Origin: Octopus sinensis
Taxonomy: Eukaryota
Length of the DNA stretch: 59,234 bases
Direction: 5' to 3'
NCBI RefSeq assembly: GCF_006345805.1
Contig: NW_021832989.1
Coordinates: 1-59,234 of the forward strand
The translations under genes were made by a program, and so were the position numbers. Positions 39,860-54,010 of the stretch are shown piece after piece. Each line of letters opens with the position of its first letter. The first letter of the stretch is position 1. Below the pieces are notes generated by a model. That model saw only the letters and a list, made by a program, of their open reading frames with translations. It made no database searches and was not told where the DNA came from.

Positions 39860-42800
39860 ATCCATTCGAAGAACATGGAAGCGGTGTCAAGTGAAAAAGT
39901 CAACTCTGAACAAACAGACCTGTCTCCTATTGTCACTGCCAATGACTTAATGACAAGAACAATACTCATGCCGAATCTGTCATCACCCGGGACAACAATG
40001 CCGCGTTACTCAGTGGGGAACCAGACTGGGGTCGAAAAGTCTGCTGCTAGGACAAACTCTCTAAAAGACGATCTACTAGGTAACCGGATCTAGGTTAACC
40101 CTAATACTAGATCTTTAGTGACACCACCAAAAACATCACTTAAAGCAAAACGCATAAAATGGACTACAGGGGATTGTAAAGAGGTTTTGAAAGCTTTATA
40201 TACAGCCTAACTAAACCCAAACAATAACTTTATAGTACAAACTTACACTTCATGGAGAAACTTAGTAAGCAATAAAGTACGCAGATATATAGATGCAAAT
40301 AAACTAGGTACTGTACGTAGAGATATTATTAAGGATAAAAGGTTAACTGACGCTGAAATTAGCAAAATTAGGACACAAATATCTCGTGGTAGACCAAACG
40401 AAAATAGCAACAATTCAGATGAGATAAGTAACAGATGCACAGAACCCAGTGTACGTGCAGTACACCCAACGAGGAAACTAAAGAAAGAATAGCGAAGAAC
40501 AGTGGACAAAGAGGAGAAAGTAGACCTACCTCAAGAACACCAGAATATGTATGACAGAATTTGAGATGAATAATAAAGAGAAGATCATAGAAGCAAAAGA
40601 AGATAAGAGAGAACTCAGCAAGATTGAGTCTACTGGGATCATCAATAGAGTGCCACTGGCAAAGTTCTCAAACAGCTTAAAAGACAACAACATAATCATG
40701 ATATTTAATGTTGCTCTTTAACAGATCTTAAGTAATAAGAGAACAACCTTAAGTAATCTCATCTATTCCACTGCTAAAGTTGTAACTGCTCAACTAGGTA
40801 ATTGGACGACACAGAAAAAGGATTAACTATGTCAATAGACTTCCTAAGTGGAAAGTAGCAATGCAAAAAGAGATCGAATATCTGAGGGGGGATGTATCAG
40901 TTTTAGATGAACTTGCTAGAAGTGTAATTGTTAAGCCGAAACGAGCTAGAAAAATCAAGCAAAAATATAGAACCAATGATTTTATAAACCCGCCTGCAAC
41001 CAAAAAACAATTGAAACACTGAATACAACTGAAAGCCTACCTACAATATCATACATCAATATTAACTGACAGAATATACGCTTTCCTAGAACAGAGCTCT
41101 ACCCTTCTACAAGCTCAAAAAGGCTGTAAAAGGAATTCTTATGAGTGCAAAGATCAAAAGAATCAAATTTTATCAACAAAACAAGGTAGTCAAGACGGAT
41201 GCAAAGAAATTTTATTAGGAAATTGGCAAGAGTATGATAGGAGTAAAGGAGCCACCTAAGACTGAGGAAATGGAAGAGTTCTGGAAGAAGATATGGAACA
41301 ACAAGAAAGAATATAAAGCTAAAGCTGACTGGATAGAACGTGAGAAAGTGAGACTGGATGAAGTTGAAGAGCGGAAATGGGAGGCAATAGAAATAGAAGA
41401 GATAAGATGTGTTCTTAGGAAATCTCATAAATGGAAAACTCCCGGACTAACCCGAATTCCTAACTTCTGGCTAAATTGTCTGACAAAAGTACAAAAAATT
41501 TTCGCTGAATCTCTGACTAATGTCATCCAGAACCCAAAGCAAATACCTGCTTGAAAGAACAACATACCTTCTACCAAAAACTGGAGACACAAAAAATCCA
41601 AAGAACTACCGACCAATAATATATCTCAACACCACCTACAAGATCCTCACATCCACATTAACTGACAGAATATACGCTTTCCTAGAACAGAGATCTATCC
41701 TTCCGCAAACTCAAAAAAGCTGTAAAAGGAATTCTTATGGGTGTAAAGATTAATTACTCATAATGAAATTGATTGTAGAGAATTGACGCAACAAAAAGAA
41801 GATAGACTACAGGATTGGATAAACTGCAAGAAAGCGTTTGATATTGTCCCACATAATTGGATACTGAAGGCTTTTGAGGTATAAAAGACTTCTCATGTCA
41901 TTGCTAGATTCTTACAAGTGTAGCATGGCCAAGTGGAACATAAGTCTTTTTCTAAACCATAGTAATGGGATGAGCCAAACTAACAACATCAACATCAAAC
42001 GAGGCGTCTTTCAAAGTGACTTCCTTTCCCCATTACTCTTTTGCAGGGCACTAATATCACTCTCAAACGAACTAAATAACACCAGGTATAGGTTCAAAGT
42101 TTACAATATGACAATAAACCATCTGTTTTATACGGACGATCTGAAGCTGTTTGCTGGAAATGGCGAAGAGCTAGAAGGGCTGCTAACAACTGTTAATGAA
42201 TTCAGTAATGACATCTGGATAGACTTTGGCCTTGACAAATGTGCTAAAGCAACTAAAGAGCTTCTATTAAATTAGATACTGACAGTACCATCATTATTAC
42301 AAATACCTGGGGATAAACGAAGGAGATGGTGTACAACATGCTACTATGAAGGAAAAAATAAGAAAGAAATATTACAGGAGAATAAGACTCATACTAAAAA
42401 CTGAACTCAACGCTAAAATTCGCATCGAAGCCATTAACATCCTGAAACTTCCAGTAGTCCAATATAGTTTAACTGGAATCTTACAGAGCTCCAACGTTTG
42501 AACAGGAAGACAAGAAAACTACTAACTTCTAAGTACATGCACCACTCAAAAGCAGATGTTGGTTGTCTGTACCTACCTAGGATTAATGGGAGAAGAAAAA
42601 TTACGTAGGTAGAAATGTGCTATAAGACCTCCACAATAGTGGACTGGACGCTGCAACTTGTGTGTAAACATGAATATAGCAAAAACAAAAATCACCTTCT
42701 ATTATCAAAGAAGCTTGCAAATTCGCAAGGGAACTTGGCATTAATCCTGAACAAAATCTGAAACTACTGCCACAAAACAAGCAAAATGGATCAAGCAGAC

Positions 42801-42990
42801 TGCATAAAAGAACGGGCGGGAACAAATTGAAGAGCGGTGATGCCAGAAGCCTCTGCATGGATAGTATATACTTCGTAGTCGAATTGCTGATGTCGATCAA
42901 GCAACAATCCATCAGTGGCTGAGATGATCAGGACTGAAAGCAGCAACCAGGCTAACCTTCCCCAAAACGGTTCTGACTCTAAATGCGTCT
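39860..42990 (+). mobile_element. R4/Dong-clade LINE copy 3: long, with stops and frameshifts, broken at the zinc knuckle
   Basis: AKRIKWTT, NKLGTVRRDIIK, TRIPNFWL, KNYRPI, KKAFDIVPHNWI, RGVFQSDFLSPLLFC, NHLFYTDDLKLFA, FGLDKCAK. Confidence 0.9.
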
Positions 42991-43139
42991 TCCACAAATA
43001 CAAAAGAAGACGTCTTAATGTCGTAAGAATGATTCATTGAGAACTGAGTGGCATGTATGAATTGGATAGAGCAAGGATGTGGTACGGGTAAACCCTAGAA
43101 GGAATAATCGAGAATGGCAAGATAAAGATACTGGCTTCA

Positions 43140-43336
43140 AATTTTAGCACAAGATCAGCAAGTTTGCAGGAGGGGGTAAGTCGATTGCATCGACTCTAAT
43201 GCGCTACTGGTACATATTTTATCGACCCCTAAAGGATGAAAGTCAAATTCGACCCTACGGAATTTGCTCTCAGAACGCAAAGACAGACAAAATGCCGCAA
43301 ATCATTTTGCCCCGCATGGTAACTCTTCCGCCAGTT
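43140..43336 (-). mobile_element. SINE family A, degenerate
   Basis: ggtacatattttatcgacccctaaaggatgaaag core matches family A. Confidence 0.7.
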
Positions 43337-43906
43337 ACTATGCAGTAGTCTTAAACAATTTATTCCTCTATATTCTTGTCTGTGTCTTTTGTTAAATTTG
43401 GAATTTGTTGGGTATGGTTTCCCTTCCATTTTACTTTGCTATCTCTGTCTTTGTCTCTCTCCCTTTCACTCTATATTTTCCCCTCTTTCTCTGATTATAT
43501 TTTTGTTTCACAGAAAATGTTTCACTTGCAATGTAAGATAATATATTTTTAATTTCCAAATTCCAAATGTAAATAAAGATTTAGATGAATATTTTTCGAT
43601 ATTCTTTTATTTACTTATTCTTCCATTTATATAGTTCCAATATCGTATTATACCACTTAGTTTTGTTGACGCCAAATTTGCTATTAAGGTGATGATGATG
43701 ATGATGATGATAGTTCATTATGGTTACGATGCTGAGAAAGACAATGTGTTTTCTTATATTCTTTTTTTTTTATATAAAACTGTAAGCTACAATGATGTAT
43801 GTAATATCTATTCACATAGGGTTTAAATGTGCAACTCATGCTATTTAATTCCAATTAGGTTTTGACAAAATATCGTTGCCAGTTACTTTCTCGAAACGGT
43901 TATACA

Positions 43907-44030
43907 GGCGCAGGCATGGCTGTGTGCTAAGACGTTTGCTTCCCACATCGTTCAGGGTTCGGTCCTATGGTGTGGCACCTTAAGTAAATGTCTTCTTTGT
44001 TGGCCTTGGACCTATCAAAGACTTGTCAAG
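43907..44030 (+). mobile_element. SINE family B, degenerate
   Basis: ggcgcaggcatggctgtgtg...ttgcttccca...gggttcggtcc...gtggcacctt. Confidence 0.7.
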
Positions 44031-45597
44031 TTATTTCACCACCACGTCATAGACTGCCTTTTCGGTTCGCCTTTCTTTGAGTGACCTGATAAGACTTTAT
44101 TCTAGGTTCCTTTGTCTGGATAATTTTGTCTTCGAGAAAACTTCTACGCTCAGCAGCCAAAGATCTGCATTTCAACATCAACCGTATGGATCATTGTGAT
44201 TTGGGAAGCAGTATTACATTTAAATTCTAATTGATCCAATAGTTGTACTTTCCACTGCAATGAGTTCAGTTTTATATTGATAAAGCAAGAGAAGAAAGAA
44301 GGAAAAGAATCTAACGTTATAAAGAGAGAAACAGGTTGAGAGAGACAGACTTATTGAGAAATAAAAAGTGATAGTGCGGAAAACCAATAGTGAGAGACAT
44401 TGCTGAAATAGATTGACGCAGAGACAGACTGATAGGAAGAGACAGACGAACAGACGGAAAGGCAAATATGCTAAAAAAGAGAGAAACTGAAATGAGAGAA
44501 AGTCAGATACATAGATGGAGTCAGACAAAGAGAGAGAGAAAGAGAGAGAGAGAGAGCGAGGAAGAAAGAAAGAAAGAAAGGGTGAGAGAGAGAGAGGGAG
44601 AGAGAGAAAGGGAGAGAGAGAGTGAGGGAGAGGGAGACAAATTGATGGATATGGTGATTAACACTATCAGACTGATTGATAATAACCTACCTCTTCTCAG
44701 AAGTGTTTAGTTTAGAAGAAAAAGAGATCGATATTTAGTAAATGTAGAATTTTTGAAGATTATATTGGTCAATAAAAAGATAAAGAGTATATTTAGGGAA
44801 ATTTGATATTTTGTACACTTATTGAGAGGGGAAGTCATTTAACAATAGATATTGTAGAGAAAAATAAATGTATTCAATATTTTAACTTTACAAAAAAGTT
44901 GATGGTGACACTAAAACATATATTGTCTTTTGAAAATGAGGAAAACAAACAATGTTGGTATTTTAGACAATAAAATACCTACGATAATTTCTATTGAAGA
45001 GAGATGAAGTGAATCTAAATTGAATCTTTTTAAATTGGAAAATGGTGAAATAAAACTATTGTTATTATGAAGCAAAACAATGTTAACAATATAGCGGAGA
45101 TAAAATGCCTCTGAAGAATGTTCTTCATAGTAAATACAAATGCGGTGGGGTTTCACATATGTAATAAAGTTAGTTAAAAATTCTTCAGTAAACTGAGATT
45201 ATCTACGCAATTAAAGACAAAAACCCCGCCTCTCAGAGTGTTCAAATCCAAAGGCAACAAGCAAGGATTGGAATTTCTTTTTTCTTCGTTAAGTTCCATT
45301 TCATACATTCTAAAAGAATCCAACAAAGGCCAAGATTTTGTAATTTGTAAAAACATCTCTCTGGAACAAAGTCAACACGCGTTAGAGACTTGTATAAAAT
45401 GTTCACAGCAATTTCAATGTGGGGCAACGAATTAAATCGTTTAGAAAATTTCTAACTTATGTTCAGATCTTCCCGTTTTGCCTTTCTCCGTCCCAGAATC
45501 GTTGAAACAATATACTAACAAACCATTTATCTTTTGCAACGTTGAAGTATATTCATGAATATAAATCATTACAGGAACGAATCTACCAGCTTACCTA

Positions 45598-45675
<78 letters not shown>

Positions 45676-45721
45676 GACGACAACGACGACGACGACAACA
45701 ACAACAACAACAACAATAATA

Positions 45722-45919
45722 ATGGTTTCAAATTTTGGCACCAAGCTACCAATTTCGTAGGAGGGATTAGATTGTTTCCAGTACTCAACTGGTATTCATT
45801 TTATCGACCCTGAAATGATGAAAGGCAAAATCGAACCCAGCGGAGTTTCAACTTAGAACGAGGAGACTGACGAAATATATTTTACTCGGCGTGCTGACGA
45901 TTCTGCTAGTTCGGCGCCT
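45722..45919 (-). mobile_element. SINE family A, degenerate
   Basis: actggtattcattttatcgaccctgaaatgatgaaaggcaaaatcga core matches family A. Confidence 0.7.
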
Positions 45920-45980
45920 TTATGATATTATCATTAATACTAATAATTAATAATAATAACAACAATAAAAAAAATAATAA

Positions 45981-47797
45981 TATTTTATTGGTTACAAAGC
46001 CCAAACGCAAAAACAAAGGTTAATACAAAGCAAAGAACAATGGCGTTTTACATACAGTGCGTGTGAAGAATAAAAAACAATAGGACTTAACATGAATAAA
46101 ATTCCCGAAAAGGGGGTAAAGTTCCACCTAAGGGCATCCGAGGAATCTAACACATTCTCGATAACCCGAACGCCAAGAGTATCTCGGCCGGGCACACCTC
46201 CCCTCTCCATTCCCTGCAGCCTGCTAGTGCATGCTCAGAGTAGGCTCATTCACAAAGAACATCCTCGCCACACTCATCTACCTTTTATTTACCACAGCCA
46301 CCAGGCAGGGAAAAACTGTCTGTCCTTCCTGCCCAGGAAAAAGGCAGCAGGATGACTTTCCCGATGGACTCGGCCGATAATCGTATCCGTCCTACACGCG
46401 ACATCAGCTGTTCGACAAAGTTTCACCCGTCAGCAATATCCGGATACTGAACGCGATTTCGTCGTTCTATGCACATCTCGAACAGGTCTATCTAACATCA
46501 TTTTCATACCTGTAGAGCTTTCTCGGACCAGAAGAGCCTTCCGGTAGCACTACCGATACGGCAATTATCCATAGTCCCCGGCCAGAAAGACCTCCAGAAA
46601 ATACCAGCCAATTAATTTCTCCCGATGTTCAATGATTATCCCAGAACGCCATCGCTTTTCTAATCCCCAATAGAATTCCAGTGTACAACTTCCAACGAGG
46701 GCTGTGAGGGCTGTGAGTACTTGCCAACATACCAGGTGCCAAACACCCTTCCTCGCTCTATGCTTGATCCATAACTATTGCTCCGTCAATGAGACAAGCT
46801 ACAGAAAATCCAGTCTGGAAAACGACGATCACACCTGCTCACCGTTAGTGAAATGCTGGAGATGTTACAACTTCATCGCATGTCTGCACATCATTAGCTA
46901 CAGCGTGTCCAGTCCTCAACTCAGCGTTTGCTGGCAGCAAGTGGACCGTCTTACGAGCAGAACACATCCCTTCCACAGAAAGCGGTGGAACAAGCGCTCC
47001 AGGCTGATCAGTCACGAAGCAGGGCAAGGGACGATGGAAGCGATGTACGAATTAACCACCAACGCTCGACTTTTCAGAAACAGCTTCTCTGCCCATTTCC
47101 TAGTGAGACTGGCCACTCTGCTTGTCACTCCCTCTCTGCCTACCTAGAGGTCTGGACTAAACTAGACCCCGAGGAATTTAACCGATTCTTCCGTCCAGTG
47201 ACCTACGACGCTGTCTGATGGCATAGACCCGCCTTTTCAGGTGCCGAGCTGCAGGTCCACCAATTTCTCTTGGTTAATATTTGCTCGCGTTACAACTTCC
47301 CTTATGATAGTGCAGATCACCTCGATTTCCGAGACGTCCGAAATTATTTCGGTGGCGTCATCCGCATAAGGTGACACGAACTTTCCACATCCCAGTTCAT
47401 GCGGAATGCCCCTCGAAACATCCAGCTTACGTAGTAATGACTTGAGAGCCACCACATATAGAAGGAGTAAAAGTGGGTATCTTTAGTGGACTAAACGTGC
47501 GATGCTAAATGATTCCGTGAAGTGAGTATTCACTTTGACCATTCCAGTAATCCAGATTCCGAAAACAGGACCGAAACCGGCCGATGCGAGAACAGTCTCT
47601 AAGTATAGGGGATCGACCCTAACGAAAGCTTTCGATTGATCCAAACGGATCAGGGTCCCACCCATTCCAGGATCCTTACCAACCTTCTTTGTGACGTAAT
47701 GCATGAAGTGTAGGTTGTCATGGACAGATCTGCTTGGGATAGCGCATGTCTGCACTTCACAGGCTAGTTTATCGACGACAAGCGCGAACTACTTGGT
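45981..47797 (-). mobile_element. L1/Tx1-clade LINE, 5'-truncated: RT through 3' end
   Basis: QTCAIPSRSVHDNLH...LDQSKAFVRVD (ORF 47483-47755) and SPYADD (ORF 47237-47455); AATAAA on the minus strand at 45984-45989. Confidence 0.85.
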
Positions 47798-48566
47798 TAA
47801 TAATAACAATAACAACTACTACTGCAACAAAAAAACTACAACAATAATTAAAACAAAGCATTTTAAGCATCTCTTTGAGGACATTCGCATGCAAAAAAAG
47901 AAAAGAAAAATAACAGAAATGAATTACTTATCTCGATTCCATCGCACATTAACTCCCAATACCACCTCACTATGAGTTCCAGTTTAAACTATGCTTCATT
48001 TGAAGCTGACACCTATAATCAATTCCATTACGGCAACTAATGTCAGCGAAATGTGTTATATCGACTTTAAACTATGATTAATTTAGTCAAAAGTTCGGTC
48101 ATAATTAATGCGGTGATAATGACCTGTATTCCCTGTTGCCATGGTATTATTGGAAAAAAAAATTATGTGGTAATGATGATGAAGGTGATAATGAGATGGG
48201 TGGAAACTGTAGCTTGAAAATTAAGAAATATCTCCTGCTATTTATATATTGTGAATTAAACAGCATCAAATGTCATGAATCATAAATCACCAATGTAATA
48301 TATTAATATAAAAATGTGAGACACGATTTTACAATGTATTTTGTGCTTTGATTTTCATTCGGGGGGTTATAATTATAATTAATAAGAAAAGAAAGTATAG
48401 ATTTAAAGAATATTCCTAATGATCTATGTGAATGTGTAGACAACTCTCATACCTTCGCATACTTGCCGTGTATGTATACGATACATACATACATACATAC
48501 ATACATACATACATACGTATATATATGATATATATGTATATATATGTATATATATGTATATATATG

Positions 48567-48619
<53 letters not shown>

Positions 48620-48621
48620 AT

Positions 48622-49369
48622 CAGTGGCGACTTTGGCACTCGAGCTGCTAAATTTAACAAAATGATTTTAAGCTGATTTAGTTTCTGCCAACACTGACTT
48701 CAAGTATGTAATTGCAGCCAGTAACTCGGGCTCCTTTCATTGAGCCTGGTCGCAGTCCATTTATCTTTGTTCAACGTCTGGTGGTCATCATAGAGGTGCA
48801 TTGTGTCAAAAAATATCATTCGTAACAGACATTCTCTTTGACACCTGATTCTAGCTCAGAGTTTCAGCACAAGTTGTAATCTATAATCGTAAATAATTTA
48901 AGTAATCCAAATTCAGTGTTTTCTTGAAATAATAAATTTCTATACAGATTAGGATTTAAATTCCAATCTATGAAAAGTTTCTGTTCTACAATATTCTTTA
49001 AGTAACGAAAAATTATCCAGCAAATCGGGCTAATAAGAACGAGCCTAGTAGGTGTAAAAGACTAACTGATGTCTCTTGTCAAGAGTACAGGCGACGGTCG
49101 GATCGCTGATGTTTGTTGTGCACTCCCTTGTCGTTATTTGATTGTTGTTCTTCTGTGCGTCTGTGAGTAAAGATCAGTTGTGTTTTGCAGGGTTGCTTTA
49201 TTTTAACCCTTAACTTAGAAATGGAGAAATACATAGTGTTAGATATAAAAAAAAAGCCATTTCGGGCTAGAAATATTGCAGCAAAACGTGAAATTCTTCG
49301 AGCAGACATGTCTCTTAAGCGAAATCAGTGACGAGCCAGAGTGACACTGACGACTTGGAGTCGCCTCTG
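48622..49369. mobile_element. hAT-like non-autonomous DNA transposon (MITE)
   Basis: TIRs CAGTGGCGACT and CAGAGGCGACT (reverse complement); 8-bp flank atatatat on both sides, within (TA)n; no transposase ORF. Confidence 0.75.
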
Positions 49370-50009
49370 ATATATATATATATATATATGACTGAAAAAA
49401 TATTTTCTATTCTAAACCTTTTGTATTATATACGCCACACTTACATTGTAACCATAACATGATGTTATTCATCTGGATATTAAAAGCGATTCCCAGATAA
49501 CTGATGTTTATAATGTATAAACTTTCTTTACATGCTATACCAATATGTGCTTCTTACATTTTCATATCTTTTTTTTATCATCATTTGAATTCTACACCTG
49601 AGAGAGCAAACATGAACATATGGTTTACATGTTACATGTCAGCTTTGAGATATATGATATGAGTGAAATACGGTTACCAATTTAGTTCTAGAAAACGCTC
49701 GTCCAATAAAAATTATTAGAGTGGACCCTGTTTATGTATTATGCCATAGAATTAATAAATGTCATATCACTGATATCATCTAACATTTGGTGAATTTCTA
49801 TATATTATCTAAAGCAAAGGAAGAAAACCACAATCTTTTTTCAGTGTACAGTGTGTGTGTGAGTGTGTGTATGTGTCTGCGTATTTCTGTCTGTGTCTGT
49901 GTGCATGTGTGTGTGTGTGACTGGAACGACAAGAGAGCAACTATTTACGTTTACCTGAAGAACAATTAGAAACAAAAAAAAAATAAATAAATAGTTGAAT
50001 TTCTACCTA

Positions 50010-50640
50010 CAGATTTTCTGAATATTGAACAGACACATTCCTGAAGGGATCAGTAATTTGTCTGCGTTCCTGCTTATTAGTTCTTTAGTCCTTGTTAAAT
50101 TAACTCTAAAGTCCTTAGACTCCATTCTTTGCTTCCATACTTGAAATTTCTTTTCTAACTTTAAGAGGGATTCAGTTATAAGAACAAGGTCATCAGCATA
50201 GAAGAGATTCCAGGAGCAACCAGTCTTAAATTCCTCTGTCATGGCCTAAAGTACTATGATGAACAATATGGGGCTGAGAACCGATCATTGGTTAACTCCT
50301 ACTTGCACACTGAATTCGTCGCTGAACTCATTGTCGTCTTTCACCTTACTGACATCTACCCCTAGGTGCCACATTAGACCACCAGATGTGTAAGCGAGCG
50401 CATTCTCCATGTGGACAAATGTCAAGTACAGCGGTTAATGTTTTGTTAAATGCTTCTCCAGCAGTTGCCTTACTAAGAAGATAGCACCGGTAGTGCAAGC
50501 TGCATCTCATCTAGTCTAACTCATTTCCTTTCTAGTTGTGCTGTGGCACACTCTGTAAATTACATGACCTGGTGCAGTAATTTGATACATCTGTAATTAA
50601 TTCTGTCTCTGGCATCATCTTTTGCTTTGCAGCAGTTGAC
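50010..50640 (-). mobile_element. RTE-clade LINE RT fragment
   Basis: NYRCIKLL, VGVNQ*SVLSPILFIIV and MTEEFKTGCSWNLFYADDLVL. Confidence 0.8.
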
Positions 50641-50892
50641 TTAATGCTGCTATACCAGTCGTTGTATATAAACCCCATACTGGACAACCTTACATATATT
50701 CAGTATGTAATCTCTCTCTTTCTCTCTCACACATACACACACAAACACACACATACGCAAACACACATACACAAACATACACAATACATACACATGCACG
50801 CATGCACGCGCACACATATTAAGTCATTGATGACCACAATAACACATTGGTACTCTTAATAATATACCATTATGTTACGCATAAGTTATTTT

Positions 50893-51225
50893 GCATGGCA
50901 CTTTGGGCAAGTGTCTTCTACTATAGCCTCGGGCCAACCAAAGCCATGTGAGTGGATTTAGTACACGGAAACTGAAAGAAGCCTCTCGTATATACATATA
51001 TGTATATATTTATGTATATGCCTGTGTTTATTACCCCATCACCGCTTGACAATCGATGCTGGTGTGTTTTCGTCCCCGTAACTGAGCGGTTCGGCAAAAC
51101 AGTCCGATAGAATAAGTACCAGGCTTACAAAGAATAAAACCAAGGGTCAAATTCTTCGCCTACTGGCGGTGTTCCTGCATAACCGCAGTCAAATGACGGA
51201 AACAAGTAAGAGAATGAAAAATTAA
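50893..51225 (+). mobile_element. SINE family B, 5'-truncated, with 3' extension
   Basis: ttgggcaagtgtcttctactatagcctcgggcc...ggaaactgaaagaagcc, then cgcttgacaatcgatgctggtgtgt...ccgcagtcaaatgac. Confidence 0.8.
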
Positions 51226-51635
51226 AAGAATCTAAAAATATTCAAGAATATTTTCTAGCATTGTAAAAGTGGCCGTTATTTCAAGATCTGTATAATACAC
51301 ATTTTAATGCTTTAGTATGAATATCACAATATTTTCTTCGTTTTCACTTGAAAAATACGTTGCACCTGGATAAAAAATAGCGGATTCTATTAATGCGTCA
51401 TCAGAAGTTATATAAGGATACTGTTCTTAGGTTTTGTTTCGAGCTCTAGTACTTATTTTATCTATATGGTGATAGAGACAAATGTGATCAGGGCATAAAG
51501 AGACGGGACTTTTTTCATCAAACCTTTCACTACTACACTGATGAACATATGCGTACAAATTCTCAAAAACACACACAGACTCACACATACGAACATACAT
51601 ATTTACAGGCTCACATACACTTACACACATGCATA

Positions 51636-51677
<42 letters not shown>

Positions 51678-51967
51678 TGAGAGAGTTGGTGTGTGAGAGC
51701 ACGTTGTTGGATGTATAAAAAATAAAAAAAGAGAGAAAACTCCACAGAAAGCTTGTGTTATAAGGTTAAAGAATATATTTAAGTCGTTATGTTATAAAAA
51801 TGTTAAAAATTTTGTGTATAGTAACATAGTTTTTGGAGAAATAACCGGTTTCGTATATTCTTTTCAAGTTTCTCGAATTTCTTCACCTACATCATGTCAT
51901 GTCTTTATTATATATATATATATATTATATATATATATATATATATAATCAAAACAGTTTGATGTGA

Positions 51968-52420
51968 GTGACTAGGCTATTAAATGTTATTACACATCAC
52001 AGGTCACATTGCGTTTTGCATTGTTTTACTCTTCAAATGATGCTACCCTGCTGGCTAGGCGAACAGGCCGACGTGAAGTGAAGTGTTTTGCTCAAGAGAA
52101 CAATGCACCGCATAATCAAGGAATCGAAACAACGATCTACCGATCGTGAGTGCAATGGCCTCACTACGCCACGTGCCTTCATGTATGTGTGCGTGTGTAT
52201 AGAGAGCCTTTGTGTTTGTGCTTCTCACCCTCTACCGCTTGATGACCAATGTTGGTTTGTTTGCATCCCCATAAATTAGTGATTTGGCAAAAGAAGCGAT
52301 AAAATATGTACCAGACATAAACGAAAAGCCTTGAAGTCGATTCGTTCGACTACAATCCTTCAACGCAGTACCCTAGCATGGCTGCAGTCTAATGATTGAA
52401 ACGAGTAAAAGATAAAAATA
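51968..52420. mobile_element. SINE family C copy (minus strand, ~51968-52180) plus family B tail (plus strand, ~52215-52420)
   Basis: Matches 6776-7086 and 2395-2590 respectively. Confidence 0.65.
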
Positions 52421-52739
52421 CTTATAAATTATTTCACTCTTCTATTTGTAAGAAGTTAGTTCGCTTTTGTTTTTATCTTTTATTTCATTCTGTTTCTGTC
52501 TACCTTTATTTTAGGGGTTCTAAGTATACACTAATGTGAAGCCTTCGTCCGTATATATTCGGTTTACATTGAATGCTTAATAATAAGGGACTGGCAGCAG
52601 CACAATCAAGATGTTGCATGCTTTGTAGCGCTCCGTCGGCTCCAGAAGCCACAAGGCACCAATCTCAAGTGAGATCCTGTAAATGTTTTGTTGTGTGTAA
52701 TATTATTTTGGCTTCAATTTTTTTATTGCGTGTAGCATA

Positions 52740-53310
52740 GAAACCACACCTCGGAAACATAAATTTCATGCAAATGACAGATTAAAGAAAAGTAAATTCA
52801 TCACTAAGGAAATTAAAGTGGCAATGATAGAGTGATTAATGACAATTGGAAAACCTACGAACAATGAAAAAAGTGTTAGAATACAGTCGGTCAAAGATCG
52901 GTGCAATTTTACAAGGCACTAAAAATAATAGGACATTTAAAAGGATTTGTTCCAATGTCAGCTACAGTTATCATCTAGCAGCATGGTATTTTAATTTTTG
53001 AAGTGGAAATGCAGTTGTTGGTTTAGTTAAGGGATCAAAATCAACAAAAGACATTTTGGTTAATTTCAAGAAAAACCTCGAAGCTAATTTTAAAACTACA
53101 CCGGCAGCTTGTGAAGATGATTTTGGGGGAAAAATCTTATGAATAAAGTCTACTGGCGTTGCATTGCTGTCCGACTAAAAGTTATGTGGAACAGTGATCA
53201 GTAATATGACCAATTTAAGCAAATCCTGGGAAGTTCAATTATTTCAAAGTGGGAGTAAACTTGCATAATATTAAAGTACAATATCTGCGTAATAGCAGGT
53301 GCTGATTTAA
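52740..53310 (+). mobile_element. Tigger/pogo-like transposase 5' remnant (HTH region)
   Basis: Frameshifted peptides FITKEIKVAMIE, HLKGFVPMSATVI, FEVEMQLLV and FKVGVNLHNIKVQ resemble Tigger N-terminal motifs. Confidence 0.55.
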
Positions 53311-53830
53311 GTATCCGCTAATAAAACCAAAATATGTCCATAAATGTTATCTGTACTGCCAATAAAGATCGCGTCTTCCTCTTATGTATTAAAATTCAGT
53401 TTTCCTTTAAATTAAATCTAAATGTCCTTAAATTACTACATTTATTTTCTTTAGTAGTCATCCAAATTTCTTCTAAGTTTTTGGTTTCTTTTGGAATATG
53501 TAGTCTATTCCGAATATCATTCCCTACTCCATCACCCATCTAATGTCATAAGGTTGGGGCAATGATATAGCTTCATTGAAATGACTACCAAGAAATTCCA
53601 GCTGAATAATCCTTAAACTGTGACATACTATTCTAAATAGAACTCGGCTTTGTATAACATACTTCAAGTAAAAACTGTCCGAAAAGGCGTGAAATTCAAG
53701 AATCAAATGCTTTTGATAAAAATGTTGGTCGGTTATTCAAAACACACCTTAAATTAAACCTACGACATCATCTACATAAAAATTGTCTGAAAAGTGACAC
53801 AGTCAAACATTCAAGTATACTAACAAAAAT

Positions 53831-53831
<1 letters not shown>

Positions 53832-53878
<47 letters not shown>

Positions 53879-53930
53879 CACCACCACCAGCACAACCAGC
53901 ACCAGCACGACCACGACGACGACGACGACG

Positions 53931-54002
<72 letters not shown>

Positions 54003-54010
54003 GTTGCTGC
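53832..54010 (+). repeat. Compound (ACT)/(ACC)/(ACG) microsatellite
   Basis: Direct reading. Confidence 0.95.
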
